Sequence record: NZ_CP035506.1 | DNA from: a plasmid | Length of the DNA: 64,000 nucleotides | Direction: 5' to 3' (one strand) | Shown: in pieces, positions 20,869 through 32,039 of the stretch | Layout: each line of letters starts with the position of its first letter | Numbering within the stretch: position 1 is the first letter of the stretch | Translations under genes and position numbers: made by a program | Notes under the pieces: model-generated | Databases searched by the model: none | Seen by the model: the letters and a program-made list of their open reading frames with translations, nothing else | Told to the model about the DNA's origin: nothing

Positions 20869-21825
20869 ATGAAATACTACGTCGCCGGACATCGCGGCAT
20901 GGTGGGGGGGGCGATCCTGCGCCGCCTGCAGGCCCGGGGGGCGGATGTCGTCACCCGCACCCATGCCGAACTCGACCTGACCGACCAGGCCGCAGTGCGG
21001 GCCTTCATGGCGGAGGAAAAGCCCGATGCCGTGATCCTCGCCGCGGCCAAGGTGGGCGGCATCCATGCCAACAACACCTACCCGGCCGAGTTCATCTATG
21101 AAAACCTGATGATGGAGGCGAATGTCATCCATCAGGCCCACAAGGCGGGCGTGCAGCATCTGCTGTTCCTGGGCTCCTCCTGCATCTATCCCCGCGCCGT
21201 CGCTCAGCCGATGGCGGAGGATGCGCTGCTGACCGGGGTGCTGGAGCCCACGAACGAACCCTATGCGGTTGCCAAGATCGCGGGGATCAAGCTCTGCGAG
21301 AGCTACAACCGGCAATACGGCACCGACTACCGCTCGGTGATGCCCACGAACCTCTATGGTCCGGGCGACAACTTCCACCCCGAGAACAGCCATGTCATGC
21401 CCGCCCTCATCCGCCGCTTCCATGAGGCCGCGCGCGAGGGCCGCGACGAGGTGGTGATCTGGGGCACCGGCACGCCCATGCGCGAATTCCTGCATGTGGA
21501 TGACATGGCGGAGGCCTCGCTCTTTGTCCTGGGCCTGCCCCGCGCGGTCTATGAGGCGAATACCGAGCCGATGCTGTCCCATATCAACGTAGGGACAGGT
21601 CAGGACGTGACCATCGCGGAGCTGGCCGCGATGATCGCGAAGGTCACCGGCTTCGAGGGCCGTATTTCCTTCGACACGACGAAACCCGACGGGACGGCGC
21701 GGAAGCTCATGGATGTCTCCCGCCTCGCCGCGATGGGCTGGCAGGCCCAGACCGGGCTGGAGGATGGCCTGCGCGATACCTACGGCTGGTTCAAGGACCA
21801 TACCGCCGCGCTGCGGGAGGCCTGA
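20869..21825 (+). CDS. fcl: GDP-L-fucose synthase (GDP-4-keto-6-deoxy-D-mannose 3,5-epimerase/4-reductase)
   Basis: [16 protein letters not shown]...GSSCIYP...YAVAKIAG... matches the Fcl/WcaG family. Immediately downstream of gmd. Confidence 0.9.
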   Translation: MKYYVAGHRGMVGGAILRRLQARGADVVTRTHAELDLTDQAAVRAFMAEEKPDAVILAAAKVGGIHANNTYPAEFIYENLMMEANVIHQAHKAGVQHLLFLGSSCIYPRAVAQPMAEDALLTGVLEPTNEPYAVAKIAGIKLCESYNRQYGTDYRSVMPTNLYGPGDNFHPENSHVMPALIRRFHEAAREGRDEVVIWGTGTPMREFLHVDDMAEASLFVLGLPRAVYEANTEPMLSHINVGTGQDVTIAELAAMIAKVTGFEGRISFDTTKPDGTARKLMDVSRLAAMGWQAQTGLEDGLRDTYGWFKDHTAALREA

Positions 21826-21831
21826 TCCCCG

Positions 21832-23040
21832 ATGAGCCATCCCGTATCTCCGCCCGAGGCCGCACTCCCGGATACCCGCAACCCCGCAGGGGAAGCTCCG
21901 CGGGGTGTGGAGCCGGGTGTAAAGCCGGCCGGTTCCCTGCCGCGGCTCGTCTTCCTGTGGGAGAATTTCGGCCCCATGCATGCCGACCGCTGCGACGCCG
22001 TGGCGGCGGAGGTCCGCGGAGAGGCGGAGGTGGTGGGCCTCGAACTCTATGGGCAGAGCGACACCTATGACTGGGTGCCGGAGACGGGCGAGGGGTTCCG
22101 CAAGGTGACGCTCCATCCCGCGTCCCGCCCGACGGGGCTGGCGCTCCTGCGCTCTCTCGCGGCTTTCCGGCGGCGGGAGGGGCGGGCCATCTGGTTCATG
22201 TGCCACTACAGCTGGATGCCGGTCTTTGCCTTTGCCTGCCTTCTGCGGCTGCGGGGCGACCGGGTCTATACCATGGGCTGCTCGAAGTTTGACGACATGC
22301 CGCGCAGGCCCTTCCGCGAATGGGTGAAATCGTGGTTCTTGAAACCCTATCAGGGGGCGATCGGATCGGGTTTCAGGACGCGGGACTATTTCCGGTTTCT
22401 CGGAATCCCGGAGAAGCGGATCACGGGGGTATATAATACCGTCTCTCTGGACCGCATCCGCCGGATGTCGGAGGGCCAGCCAGCCCCGGAAGGTATCCCG
22501 TTCGGGGAACGGCATTTCACCATCGTGGCCCGGCTCGTGCCGAAGAAGAACCTCTTCGTGGCGCTGGAGGCCTATGCGCTCTATGCCGCTGCCGATCCCG
22601 CGCCGCGCCCGCTCCATCTCTGCGGCTCCGGCCCGCTGGAGGCAGAACTGCGCGCCCGGGCCGAGGCGCTCGGCATTGCGGAGCGCGTGGTATTCCACGG
22701 CTTCTTGCAGACCGATGCCATCGCGCGATTGCTCACCTCCACCCTGGCCCTCGTGCTGACAAGTACCGAGGAGCAGTTCGGAAACGTGGTGATCGAGGCG
22801 CAGGCGATGGGTGTGCCCTCCATCCTCTCCGATATCTGCGGCGCGCGGGACAGCCTGGTGCGCACCGGCGTGAACGGCTTCGTGGTCGAGCCGGACAATC
22901 CGGAGGGCTTCGCCTTCTTCATGCGTCTCCTGGCCACGGACCGCGATCTGTGGGAACGCCAGTGTCGCGGCGCCGCCGACTACGCCCCCCGCGGCGACGT
23001 GCCCGCCTTCGCCGCCGGCGTGCGGGAACTGATGAAGTGA
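21832..23040 (+). CDS. Glycosyltransferase, GT-B fold (GT4-like)
   Basis: C-terminal GT1 region (EEQFGNVVIEAQAMGVPSILSD). Confidence 0.65.
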   Translation: MSHPVSPPEAALPDTRNPAGEAPRGVEPGVKPAGSLPRLVFLWENFGPMHADRCDAVAAEVRGEAEVVGLELYGQSDTYDWVPETGEGFRKVTLHPASRPTGLALLRSLAAFRRREGRAIWFMCHYSWMPVFAFACLLRLRGDRVYTMGCSKFDDMPRRPFREWVKSWFLKPYQGAIGSGFRTRDYFRFLGIPEKRITGVYNTVSLDRIRRMSEGQPAPEGIPFGERHFTIVARLVPKKNLFVALEAYALYAAADPAPRPLHLCGSGPLEAELRARAEALGIAERVVFHGFLQTDAIARLLTSTLALVLTSTEEQFGNVVIEAQAMGVPSILSDICGARDSLVRTGVNGFVVEPDNPEGFAFFMRLLATDRDLWERQCRGAADYAPRGDVPAFAAGVRELMK

Positions 23041-23086
23041 GCTGACGGCTTCGCCCCGCGGGGGAGCCGGGCAGACGCCGTGAAGA

Positions 23087-23917
23087 TCATCCCAGAAGCG
23101 CGCGTTTCACCCGGGCGGCAAGGCCGAGCGTCATGACGGCCGGCCAGAGCGCGGACCCGGTGTTTCGCCGGTAGAAGGCCGCATGTTGCCGCCAGCTGTC
23201 CGGCCCCCCGAAATGTTTCTTCCAGCGTTTCGAAAGGGTCGAAAGATCCGCCGGGGGATTGCGGCTCGCATATCCGACCGGATTGCCGATCACGATACGG
23301 CGCACTCCGTTCCGGCCAAGCCCGTAACCCAGGTCGATATCGCCATAGGTGTGGTTGTAGCTTGGGCTGAGCCCCCCGAGCGCCTCGAACGCGACCCCGG
23401 GCACCATGACGAAGTTGCCGTTGAACGTGTCGCAGGCGATGTCCTGGCCCTTGGGAAAGACCGGCGCGACAGTCAGGGGGAAATGCCGCGATTTCCGGGC
23501 GTAGCCGCTGTATGTCGGCTCCCGGCTGTCGGGGTCGAGGAAGGAGCCGACACAGGCCGTCGGAGCTTCGCGATTGTAAGCGTCATACCGGGAAATGAAA
23601 TCGACCACCGCCTCCCGGATCAGTACGGAATCGTCATTGTAGAGCAGATAGGCATCCCACGGCCCCTCTTCCCGGGCGGCGGCCTGGGCGCGGCGCATCC
23701 CCTGGTTCCAGAAGAGGTTTCCCGTTCCCTCTATGACCCGCACATCCGGAAAGCGGGTGCGAACCGCTTCCGCCGTTCCGTCGGGAGAGGCATCGTCGAG
23801 CAGGTATATCTTCCACTCCAGCCCCGGTGCGGAGGCGAGCGCGTTCCGCAGGCTTTCAAGGCCCTGGAGCGTGACGGCAACACGATTGAAGCTGGCGCAC
23901 AGGATGGCAAGTCTCAT
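23087..23917 (-). CDS. Glycosyltransferase family 2
   Basis: N-terminal LAILCASFNR...YLLDDASPDGT and DDS motifs. Confidence 0.65.
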   Translation of the reverse strand: MRLAILCASFNRVAVTLQGLESLRNALASAPGLEWKIYLLDDASPDGTAEAVRTRFPDVRVIEGTGNLFWNQGMRRAQAAAREEGPWDAYLLYNDDSVLIREAVVDFISRYDAYNREAPTACVGSFLDPDSREPTYSGYARKSRHFPLTVAPVFPKGQDIACDTFNGNFVMVPGVAFEALGGLSPSYNHTYGDIDLGYGLGRNGVRRIVIGNPVGYASRNPPADLSTLSKRWKKHFGGPDSWRQHAAFYRRNTGSALWPAVMTLGLAARVKRALLG

Positions 23918-23971
23918 GAGGGATTACCTACAGGCCGGAGATCGAAACGGAAAGGGAGCAGAGGCGGAGGA

Positions 23972-25258
23972 TCACGTTGGTGCCTGCTGGTGCAGGAAGC
24001 GCTCGTTCATCCGTCTGAGGATGATACTGCCCAGGCCCGTTCCTGCGGAAATGGCCGCCACCGTGCCGTAGGGCCCGAAGATTTGCCCGATCACGAACCC
24101 CAGCGCGAAAGTCAGGGCAAGGGTGGCAAGGGCCGTCCAGATATTGTGGCGGAGATTTCCCGTCACGAAGCCTATCGATGCACCCGGCGCATTGAGGAGG
24201 GCTGTGAGAATCCCCAGGGTCAGGATCACCGTGAACGCCCAGTAGCGCAGATCCACGTGCCCGAGCCAGAGCCAGGAGGCAACCGGTGCACCGAGGCAGA
24301 TCGCCACGCCGACCGCGACTGTCACCTGCGCGGTGCGGCGCAGGATACGGCGATAGAGGGCACGGCTTGCTTCCGGATCGGTCTTGGTCTGATAGCTGAA
24401 CGCGGGCATGGAGGCCTGAATGCTGGCCATCACGACGGAGCGGGGCAGCATGACCGTCTTGTAGGCCAGTTCGTAGATCCCCTGAAGCGCGGCATCGCCG
24501 AACAGGCTGACGAGCAGTTTCGTGGCAGGCTCGAAGAAGTTGGACAGCGTGCTCGCCACCTGAGCGCGCAGGCTGTAGCCGAGCATCTCGCGGAACCGCT
24601 CGCGGTTGAAGTGATACGGCACCCACCCGGCGGAAGGCACCCAGTGATGCAGCAGAAGCCACCCGACAATCGCCAGGGCGAGGTGCATCGCGATCTGGGC
24701 CCAGGCCAGTCCCAGCAGGCTGAAGGCCGGAATGAGCAGGAGCGCCAACAGAAGCTGCAGGATGTTTCCCGCCACGGAAAGCCGGGCCGCCACATAGCCG
24801 GCATGAAGGCCCTGAAGACTGCCCAGAACGATCCAGGACAGGTTGCTCAGAAAAGACAGAAGAAACAGCCAGGGAAGCAGCGCTTCCCCCTCCGCCAGAT
24901 GATCGGCCGAGACAAGATAAGGCAGGGCCCATGTCAGGATGAGCCAGCCAAGAAGATTCAGCAGTCCGAAGATGGCGCTGTTGGAAAGTATCCCCGTTTC
25001 GATCGTATCCCGGATGACTTCCTGCTCATGATCCAGATCATGCCGTGCCACGAACCTCAACGTGGCCGTGGCAAGGCCCAGATCGCCAAGCCGGATCAGC
25101 GAGGTCCAGGCAAGCAGGAGAGACCATGTTCCGACAGCCTCGATCCCGCTGCGCTCGATCAGGATGCGGTAGGTCAGGAAGGTGAGAGCCAGGCTGACGG
25201 CGAAGGAGAACGCCTGATGGAGGACATTCTTCCTCAGGTTGAAGCGGGCTTCCGTCAT
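23972..25258 (-). CDS. wzx: Polysaccharide flippase, Wzx / MOP-superfamily transporter
   Basis: 428 aa with about 12 TM helices. Typical Wzx topology and EPS-locus context. Confidence 0.65.
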   Translation of the reverse strand: MTEARFNLRKNVLHQAFSFAVSLALTFLTYRILIERSGIEAVGTWSLLLAWTSLIRLGDLGLATATLRFVARHDLDHEQEVIRDTIETGILSNSAIFGLLNLLGWLILTWALPYLVSADHLAEGEALLPWLFLLSFLSNLSWIVLGSLQGLHAGYVAARLSVAGNILQLLLALLLIPAFSLLGLAWAQIAMHLALAIVGWLLLHHWVPSAGWVPYHFNRERFREMLGYSLRAQVASTLSNFFEPATKLLVSLFGDAALQGIYELAYKTVMLPRSVVMASIQASMPAFSYQTKTDPEASRALYRRILRRTAQVTVAVGVAICLGAPVASWLWLGHVDLRYWAFTVILTLGILTALLNAPGASIGFVTGNLRHNIWTALATLALTFALGFVIGQIFGPYGTVAAISAGTGLGSIILRRMNERFLHQQAPT

Positions 25259-25590
25259 GACAGATGCTGGTTCCCGGGGCGCAGATCGGCAGGGATCCCG
25301 TCAGGGCGGGACAGGGTCGCGGAGCCGCTCAGGGGGCCTCTTTCCGTACTGCAGTCCCGCGCATGGGGCGTGTCATGGACTGTCCCCTTGCCGGCAAGCA
25401 CGGGGGGGATTGCGGAACCGAGGCTGCTTGCACCCTCCCGGTCGGAGAAAAGGGGTCGCGGTTGGGGATGATGCAGGTCCATAAGCTCTCCGGTCGGGAG
25501 ATGGGCGGCTCGGAGGGCCACCGTCTCGCGCACCGGGACGGGAATAAAATCTGGCGGAGGGATAGGCAATGCCCGCCTGTGCTCTCAAGG

Positions 25591-26370
25591 CTAGAGCGGC
25601 AGGATTCCCGCGCGAAAGGCAAGATTGCGCAAGTCATTCCTCATCCGCCTGCCGACCCCCTGGGGCGGCAGGCCCTGCCCTGAGGAACCCGACACGCCTT
25701 GCAGGCGCGGGGCGGGGCACATCACATAGCTGCGGGGAGGAAGGCCCTCCAACCCGTCGCGATAGCTGTGCTCAAGGTAATATCCCGCCGGATCGTCGAC
25801 ATCGCGGTAGCGATCGCGAAGATGGCGGTCGAAGAAATCGCGCGCGACAAGATAGAAGCGCGTATCGATGCTGTCGATCCGGGTGCGGCCCCAGAGATTG
25901 AAGCCAGCCTGCCCATTCCACCCCCGAAGACAGGCGGAAAAGTTACTGAGCCACAGCTTCCCCGTGCATTTGGCGAAAGCGGGGCTGTTTTGCAGGATCC
26001 TGCTGTGGCCGAGGGCATGAAGGACGATCTCGCCCTCGCCATAGCCCTTCCCTCGCCGGGCAACCATTTCCTGATCGTTGCGAAAGGAAAGGGCTTCATA
26101 CCGCATATGGGGATGGGCCTGGCGCAGGGGAGCGAGATGCGGCTCCAGATCGTAACCCGAACCGTCGCAGATCACGATTTCCTCTACACCCGGCGTCCTG
26201 CTCCATTCCGCCAGACTGTCGAGATGAGCATCAAGGCGCTGTTTCGCATCGGTCAGGTTGGTCAGGGGCGCAGAGACATGGATGGCCGATGTCAGCAGGA
26301 GGGGAGGAGAAGGCGTCACAGGGTCGGCTCCGGTTGCGCTGCCGGGCAGAACCTGCCCCGGACCCTCCAT
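25591..26370 (-). CDS. Hypothetical protein (EPS-locus associated); start uncertain
   Basis: Coding-like ORF with segments EIVICDGSGYD...GYGEGEI. No family recognised. The upstream in-frame extension to 26547 is low-complexity. Confidence 0.3.
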   Translation of the reverse strand: MEGPGQVLPGSATGADPVTPSPPLLLTSAIHVSAPLTNLTDAKQRLDAHLDSLAEWSRTPGVEEIVICDGSGYDLEPHLAPLRQAHPHMRYEALSFRNDQEMVARRGKGYGEGEIVLHALGHSRILQNSPAFAKCTGKLWLSNFSACLRGWNGQAGFNLWGRTRIDSIDTRFYLVARDFFDRHLRDRYRDVDDPAGYYLEHSYRDGLEGLPPRSYVMCPAPRLQGVSGSSGQGLPPQGVGRRMRNDLRNLAFRAGILPL

Positions 26371-26425
26371 AATGCCGCTCTCGCCGCCTTCGCAACCGCT
26401 TCGCTTCGGGCGCAACCGCTTCGCT

Positions 26426-28824
26426 TCAGGCGAAGAAGGGATAGTTGCAGACCGCATCGCCGACCAGAAGATGCATGCCTTCCAGAAGAAACTCCTCATC
26501 GCGGGACGTTTCGAACACGAGGCCGATGTGGAAGGAGGACACCTCATGCGGAACGAAGCATGTCAGCCGGGTGATCCCGAGACCGGTGTCGCTCCGGGTA
26601 ATGCCCTGCTCGGGAGCGGCGGTCGCCGCCGCCTGGGCAGAGGCGGGATCCGCATTCGCCCAGTAGGCGGCGCGCACCAGCCGTCCCTGTCCTGAACCAT
26701 TCCACGCGCCGATGGCGGCCATCGTCACATAGCCTGCGTCCAGGGGCGCAAGGATCTGGAGCGGCACTTCCAGCGTCACCGCCTGACTGGCCGAACCACC
26801 GGCGAGATGCAGAAGGCTTGTCTGCTCGCCGGTCAGGCCGGATACCCGGGGGGAAAGGCGCAGGGTTCTGGAAAGGGATGTGAGACGCTCGGGCGGGATG
26901 CCGTTTCGCCAGGGGGACAGCCTGCCGGTGCGAAGCTGGCCCTGCTCCACGAGAGCTGTATCGAAAGCGGGATTTCGCCCGATGTAGTTGCCGCGAAAGA
27001 GCGCGACCTGCCAGGGGTTCGTCACGGCACGGAACCCGGCCGCCTGGCCCAGGATATTCAGGTTGCGCAGGGTAACCAGGCCGTTCCTGTTATCCACCAG
27101 ATGACGGCAGGTTTCATTGCCGATGAAGAACTTTGTCCCCTCGACGGCAAGCGGGGTGCCGTTCAGGACATAGGGGGCGCCTTTGTCTATCGTTGCGCGA
27201 AAGACCACGGGATAGTCGATATGTTCGATCCATCCTCCCAGCCACTGGACGGTGGAGAAGCTCCTCGCCTCCACGACCGCGCAGCTGAACTGTTCGGCCG
27301 AACAGTTCTCGAATGTCCAGCTCGCCCCGCAGCGCAATATATAGGCCGCCGGGAAATCCTTATCCGCGGCGCAGTGGTAGTGAGTGGTGTTCGTGACCTT
27401 GTTCAGGTTGACGGGGCAGCCGGTCGAGTCGGACCATGCCTCGAAAACCCTGAACGCCTGCCCGCCTCCCTGCCTTCCCCCGAAGAAGCCGAAGCGGCAG
27501 TCGTCGATCGACCAGTAGATCGGCACGCAGCGGAAGAGGAGCTGGAATTCGTTCGATATCTCCAGACGACGGATGCGGAAGCCGCCGGTGTATTTCTTCT
27601 GCGCGGGGCTGTCGTAGAAGATCACGCCGGGGGCGGCTGCCTGTGCGAAGAAGCCCTCCAGAACCGCCGCATAGATCGGTTTTTCATCCCGGTCACGGAA
27701 GATGGCCCCCCCTTTTACCGTGCAGACGAGGCCGTAGCGCCCCGCCTGAAGCTCTCCCCCGGGCCTTCGATGCGCATGCCGGTGACGGGCTGGATCTCGT
27801 TGACCGCATAGGTATGCGGCCCGAGGCGCACCTTGCCGCGGGCGATGGCGCGTGTCAGGGCCGCGCTGTCATCCGTCCGCCCGTCGCCCGCTGCCCCGAA
27901 GGCGTCGAGATCCACGTAGCCATCCCGGTCCGCCTCCACCGCCAGCGCCGTTCCCCCCGCTGTGACCAGGTCGGGGGCGGCCGTCCGGTCTGCGGCCAAG
28001 GTGACATAGCCGAAGCTCCCGGCCCGCAGCCTGTCGCCCGGATCGAACGGATGCCGCGCCGCGCGGAGGCTGGCCACATCGGGGTAATGCGCCCCCGAGA
28101 GGAGCCGCCAGCGGCTGCCATCCTCATGGCGCGTGGCGCCCGCCGGGTCGCGCCGGTAAACCAGTTCCAGCCCGTCCCCCATGACCCGGGCGAGGCGGGT
28201 TGCGGGATTGAGGGGCGCGGAGAGGAACTCCGCCTTGCCGGGCCAGGGCATGGGCGTGGCGATCAGGCCCGCCTGCTCCAGCATCGCGGCAGCGGTCTCC
28301 GCCGTCTCCACCGTGGTCCGGCCCCAGTCGAGCCCGCCCGTCTCCGTCCCCACCAGCGGGCGCCCCGGCTGCGGATGGAGCGGCGCCACCGGCATGTCGA
28401 GCCTGAGCGCCGCATCCAGCCTCCGCGTCTGGTCCTGCAAGGCCCGCACGATGAGGTCGAGCTGTGCCTCCAGCCCGTGCCGCCCCCCGCTCCGCCCCCA
28501 GCCCTGCGCAAGCTGGCTCTGCCGGAAGGGCAGAAGCAGACCCCCTGCCAGCCGCTCCGCCGTTTCGGGCGCGAGCAAAAGCTCCCCCGTCGTAGAGGAA
28601 GCGGGCGGGATCAGCCGGAACTCCGCCTCCGACAGTTCGATCCGTGTATCGTGATGCAGGACCAGCACCCCGATATCCCCCGCCTCATAGGGATGCGGGA
28701 TGGCATAGGGGCCGGGACCGGAGATGCCCTGCACCGGCGAGGGGACGAAGTTCGGAACGGCCACGACGCGCCTCCTGGGGGCAGACCCTGGCTGGAGCCT
28801 TCCAGTCTTGGTGGTTTGGGTCAA
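26426..28824 (-). pseudogene. Large secreted protein with a pectate-lyase-fold right-handed beta-helix domain (candidate polysaccharide depolymerase or C5-epimerase); one -1 frameshift in a G5 run
   Basis: The two minus-strand ORFs 27715..28824 and 26426..27625 are contiguous if one G is added at the homopolymer near 27756..27760 (plus strand C5). Pectate_lyase_3-like motif DLDAFGAAGDGRTDDSAALTRAI. Confidence 0.6.
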
Positions 28825-28926
28825 GCGCGGGAATGTCGGGGCGGATCATGGCGGCTGGTTTCTGCTCCTGCCGCCATCCGATATTTCCGGTGACCCGTCG
28901 CCCGCCGGAGGGGCGCTCAAGGCAAT

Positions 28927-30021
28927 TCAGGAGGTGGAAGTGGCCTGTGGCCCGGAGCTTTCCCGCACGGGGCTCCGCAAGCAAAACTCCTTCACGCGGG
29001 CATAGGTTGCGGCCAGTTCGTGCCGCGGTGCGTTGAAGAGTTTCTGCTGGTCGGCGGAGGCGAGTTCCGCACCGCGCAGGCGATCCCGCGCGAAGGTGGA
29101 TTTCGCCCGCAGCCGGTAGAGCAGGGTCTTGTAGCCGGCAAAGCGCCGGGCTTCCGATTGTATCCGTGCCCATTCCCGCGGATTGTCGGACCTGTCCTTC
29201 GCCAGCACATAGGCGCGGTTGAGGATATGCATGACCCCCATCGCCCGCCCCGCGTCCCGCCGTTCGGGGGCCTTGTGGTGATAGATGAACGCCTGCGTCG
29301 CAGCCACGACGCAAAAATTGTCGAGCGTCCGCAGGGAGGCGTCGATATCCTCGAACAGCGCGTAACGGCCCAGTCCTTCATCGAACTGCAGGGCACGGAT
29401 CACCTCTGTCCGGAAGGACATGCGGAAGCCGGTCATGTAGGGAACATGGATCGCCTGCACCTCTTCCAGCCAGTCCGGCTGCCGCAGGCGCGCAAGTTTC
29501 TGCGCGGCAAGGGTCAGGAAAGGGTCGGGGATCAGCCGGTCCTCCATCCGCCGCCGGAGGGGCAGAAGGGCAAGGGACATCGCATCGCTCCGCCGGCGGC
29601 GGTAGCCGGGGCGGTCGCTGGCCCCGGCGATGCCGGCGCTTTCATGAGGGGCATGGGCTTCCGCCGCGCAGACCCCCCCGATCAAACCCTCGGTATCCCG
29701 CTCATAGACCCGCATGATGTGATCCATCGCATCGGGATAGAGAAGGGAATCGTCATCGGGAAACAGCACGACTTCGCCGGTGACATGGCGCAGGCCGAGG
29801 TTGCGCTGCGCCGCCGCGCCCGGTCCGCTGCGGATGTAGCGCACAGGCAAGGGAGCCGCGGCCGCGAACTCTTCGACAAGGCTGCGGACGGCCGCTTCAT
29901 CATCACTTGAATCAACGACAATGATGTCCTGAGGCGGACGGGTCTGGCCGAGCAGCATCGGTATGCTGAGCTTCAACGCTTCCAGCCGGTTCCGGGTCGC
30001 AATCACGCAGGAGTAGTTCAT
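28927..30021 (-). CDS. Glycosyltransferase family 2
   Basis: SCVIATRNR...IIVVDSSDD...FPDDDS motifs. Paralog of 58782..59831. Confidence 0.7.
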   Translation of the reverse strand: MNYSCVIATRNRLEALKLSIPMLLGQTRPPQDIIVVDSSDDEAAVRSLVEEFAAAAPLPVRYIRSGPGAAAQRNLGLRHVTGEVVLFPDDDSLLYPDAMDHIMRVYERDTEGLIGGVCAAEAHAPHESAGIAGASDRPGYRRRRSDAMSLALLPLRRRMEDRLIPDPFLTLAAQKLARLRQPDWLEEVQAIHVPYMTGFRMSFRTEVIRALQFDEGLGRYALFEDIDASLRTLDNFCVVAATQAFIYHHKAPERRDAGRAMGVMHILNRAYVLAKDRSDNPREWARIQSEARRFAGYKTLLYRLRAKSTFARDRLRGAELASADQQKLFNAPRHELAATYARVKEFCLRSPVRESSGPQATSTS

Positions 30022-30171
30022 GGTGAGATCCTCGTACTCGTACTACGGCAAGGGAGTCACCACCAATGATCTTCAACATGATAATGTTTTACAAGATAAG
30101 ACGTGACCGGGAGGCCAAGCTCGTAGCAAAAAATTTCCGGTCTGCATGCCTCTTGTGCGAAAGGCGTGCGG

Positions 30172-31023
30172 TCAGTCCAGAAATTCGATGTTCGGAACAT
30201 GGGTGAGGCTGGTCCGATAGATCGCGCGAATCTTGTAATCGTTGCCGCTGTACAGTTTCACTTTGCGTCCAACGATCGCCGCACCGATGCCGATATGTAA
30301 CCGGTCGGTCACGATTGTTTCATACCGGGCGATCTCGCGCAGGAAGTCGTCGCCGTTGGACATGTGATTGCCAAGCGCGCTGATGTCAATGTTGCCCGCG
30401 GCCTTCTCGAACCGATGAGAGGATTCCCGATCGCGCCGGTAGGCGTAGCCTACAGGGGTTTCCGGGGGGCCGAAATCGTACTTCAGTCCCTTGGCCATCA
30501 GGTAGAGCGCCATATCATGACAGAAAAGCGACCGCGGGCAGGCTTCCTTGCTCTCATATTCATCTCGGCGAAACAGGGTTCCCCGCACTTTTGGTGCCTG
30601 ATGGTATAAAGTGGAGGGTAAAACGATAAGATTGTCTGTGAAATAGGAAATAAAGGCACAGATATCGCCAGCGTGACGATAGTTGTGCCCCCAGGCGGAC
30701 CCGCCCGAGTAGATGAAGAGATACCGGTTCCTGCGGGCGAGATAGGGCGCCAGGAAATAGCGGGCCGATCCCTTGCCGAGATGAATTTCGGTATGGGGAA
30801 TCCGGTAGTCATACAAGAACCGCTTCGCCCCGTGACGGATCAGCCCATCCCCGAAGTTGCCGGGATTGGGCAGGAAAATGACCTGCCGCCCCGCCGATTT
30901 CTCCTGGATGACACGGGCCAGCGTATCGAAGGCAGGCAGGAGATGGCTGCTGGAAACTTCTGCAGGCGCTTTGGCCAGGGGGGTGACGCGCTCCGAGGAG
31001 GTGGGAAAAGGCAAGAGATTCAT
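30172..31023 (-). CDS. Polysaccharide pyruvyl transferase (ExoV/GumL/WcaK family)
   Basis: PNPGNFGD motif. About 280 aa with family-like architecture. Lower GC than the surrounding genes. Confidence 0.65.
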   Translation of the reverse strand: MNLLPFPTSSERVTPLAKAPAEVSSSHLLPAFDTLARVIQEKSAGRQVIFLPNPGNFGDGLIRHGAKRFLYDYRIPHTEIHLGKGSARYFLAPYLARRNRYLFIYSGGSAWGHNYRHAGDICAFISYFTDNLIVLPSTLYHQAPKVRGTLFRRDEYESKEACPRSLFCHDMALYLMAKGLKYDFGPPETPVGYAYRRDRESSHRFEKAAGNIDISALGNHMSNGDDFLREIARYETIVTDRLHIGIGAAIVGRKVKLYSGNDYKIRAIYRTSLTHVPNIEFLD

Positions 31024-31254
31024 TTCAGGCTCCGGGAAGAGGCTCTGTTACAATGTCGATTGATTGCCACAAAAGGCAATGCAATACATTTTATTTTTTA
31101 AAAATAAAAGAATAACTCTGTTTCCTGGTCGGCGGCCGGGGCGATGTGAATCGGCAGGGAGACCGTCGGACCGCGTGAAACAGAAACAGCCCTGGCCCGG
31201 AGGCAGGGCTGTTTCCTCCGGAGAGTCCCGGAGATCCGTTTTCCGTGTCGCCCG

Positions 31255-31968
31255 TCAGGCGGCGGGCTGACCGGTCGCCACATGGCCGTCATGGGCAAGC
31301 ATCCGCCAGATCATGCCCCCGATCACCGCGCCGAGCAGAGGCGCCAGCCAGAAGAGCCACAGCTGACCAAGCGCCCACCCCCCGGCAAAGAGCGCCTGGC
31401 TGGTTGAGCGCGCCGGGTTGACCGATGTGTTGGTCACCGGAATGGCGATCAGGTGGATCAGCGTCAGGGCCAGCCCGATCGCGATTCCGGCGAAGCCCGC
31501 GGGGGCACGCGGATGGGTCGCACCAAGGATGATGATGACAAAGAAGGCGGTCAGGATCGTTTCGATCAGGAACGCCGACATCATCGAGTAGCCCCCGGGC
31601 GAATGGTCGCCATAGCCGTTTGCGGCAAAGCCGCCGATCTCGAAGCCCGGCTTGCCCGTTGCAATCAGATAGAGTGCGGCGGCGGCGAGAATGGCCCCTG
31701 CAAGCTGCGCCACGACATAGGGCACGACATGGGCGGAGGGAAATCGCCCCGCGACCGCCAGCCCGACAGAAACCGCGGGGTTGAAATGCCCGCCCGAGAT
31801 CCAGCCGACAGCATAGACCATGGTCAGCACGGTCAGCCCGAAAGCGAGAGCCACGCCCGCGAACCCGATCCCGAGTCCGGGAAACGCCGCGGCAAAGATG
31901 GCACTGCCACAACCGCCAAAAACCAGCCAGAAGGTTCCAAGCCCTTCGGCAACCAGCTGCTTCTGCAT
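31255..31968 (-). CDS. aqpZ: Aquaporin Z
   Basis: 237 aa. Near-collinear with AqpZ, including both NPA boxes ([16 protein letters not shown]) and [23 protein letters not shown]. Confidence 0.9.
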   Translation of the reverse strand: MQKQLVAEGLGTFWLVFGGCGSAIFAAAFPGLGIGFAGVALAFGLTVLTMVYAVGWISGGHFNPAVSVGLAVAGRFPSAHVVPYVVAQLAGAILAAAALYLIATGKPGFEIGGFAANGYGDHSPGGYSMMSAFLIETILTAFFVIIILGATHPRAPAGFAGIAIGLALTLIHLIAIPVTNTSVNPARSTSQALFAGGWALGQLWLFWLAPLLGAVIGGMIWRMLAHDGHVATGQPAA

Positions 31969-32039
31969 GATGGAGAACTCCCGAAATTGGGTAGACGTAC
32001 TGAAAACCTCGTTAAGTTTGCACCCGCTTATCCCTTTAG

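Noticed and set aside
18168-20870. 900-aa minus-strand ORF spanning the repeat region, GT2 and gmd
   Set aside because: Antisense to strongly supported genes (gmd) and crosses an intergenic repeat region. Composition is low-complexity. The same reasoning applies to 20746..22698(-), 23183..25471(+), 14060..15628(-), 15863..17242(+), 38172..39356(-), 38240..39160(+), 55867..57246(+), 46538..48070(-) and 43299..44264(-).
31040-31260. Possible small gene or ncRNA in the 31040..31260 gap between the pyruvyl transferase and aqpZ
   Set aside because: Only short ORFs with no RBS or recognisable motif. Likely just the aqpZ 3' region and terminator.
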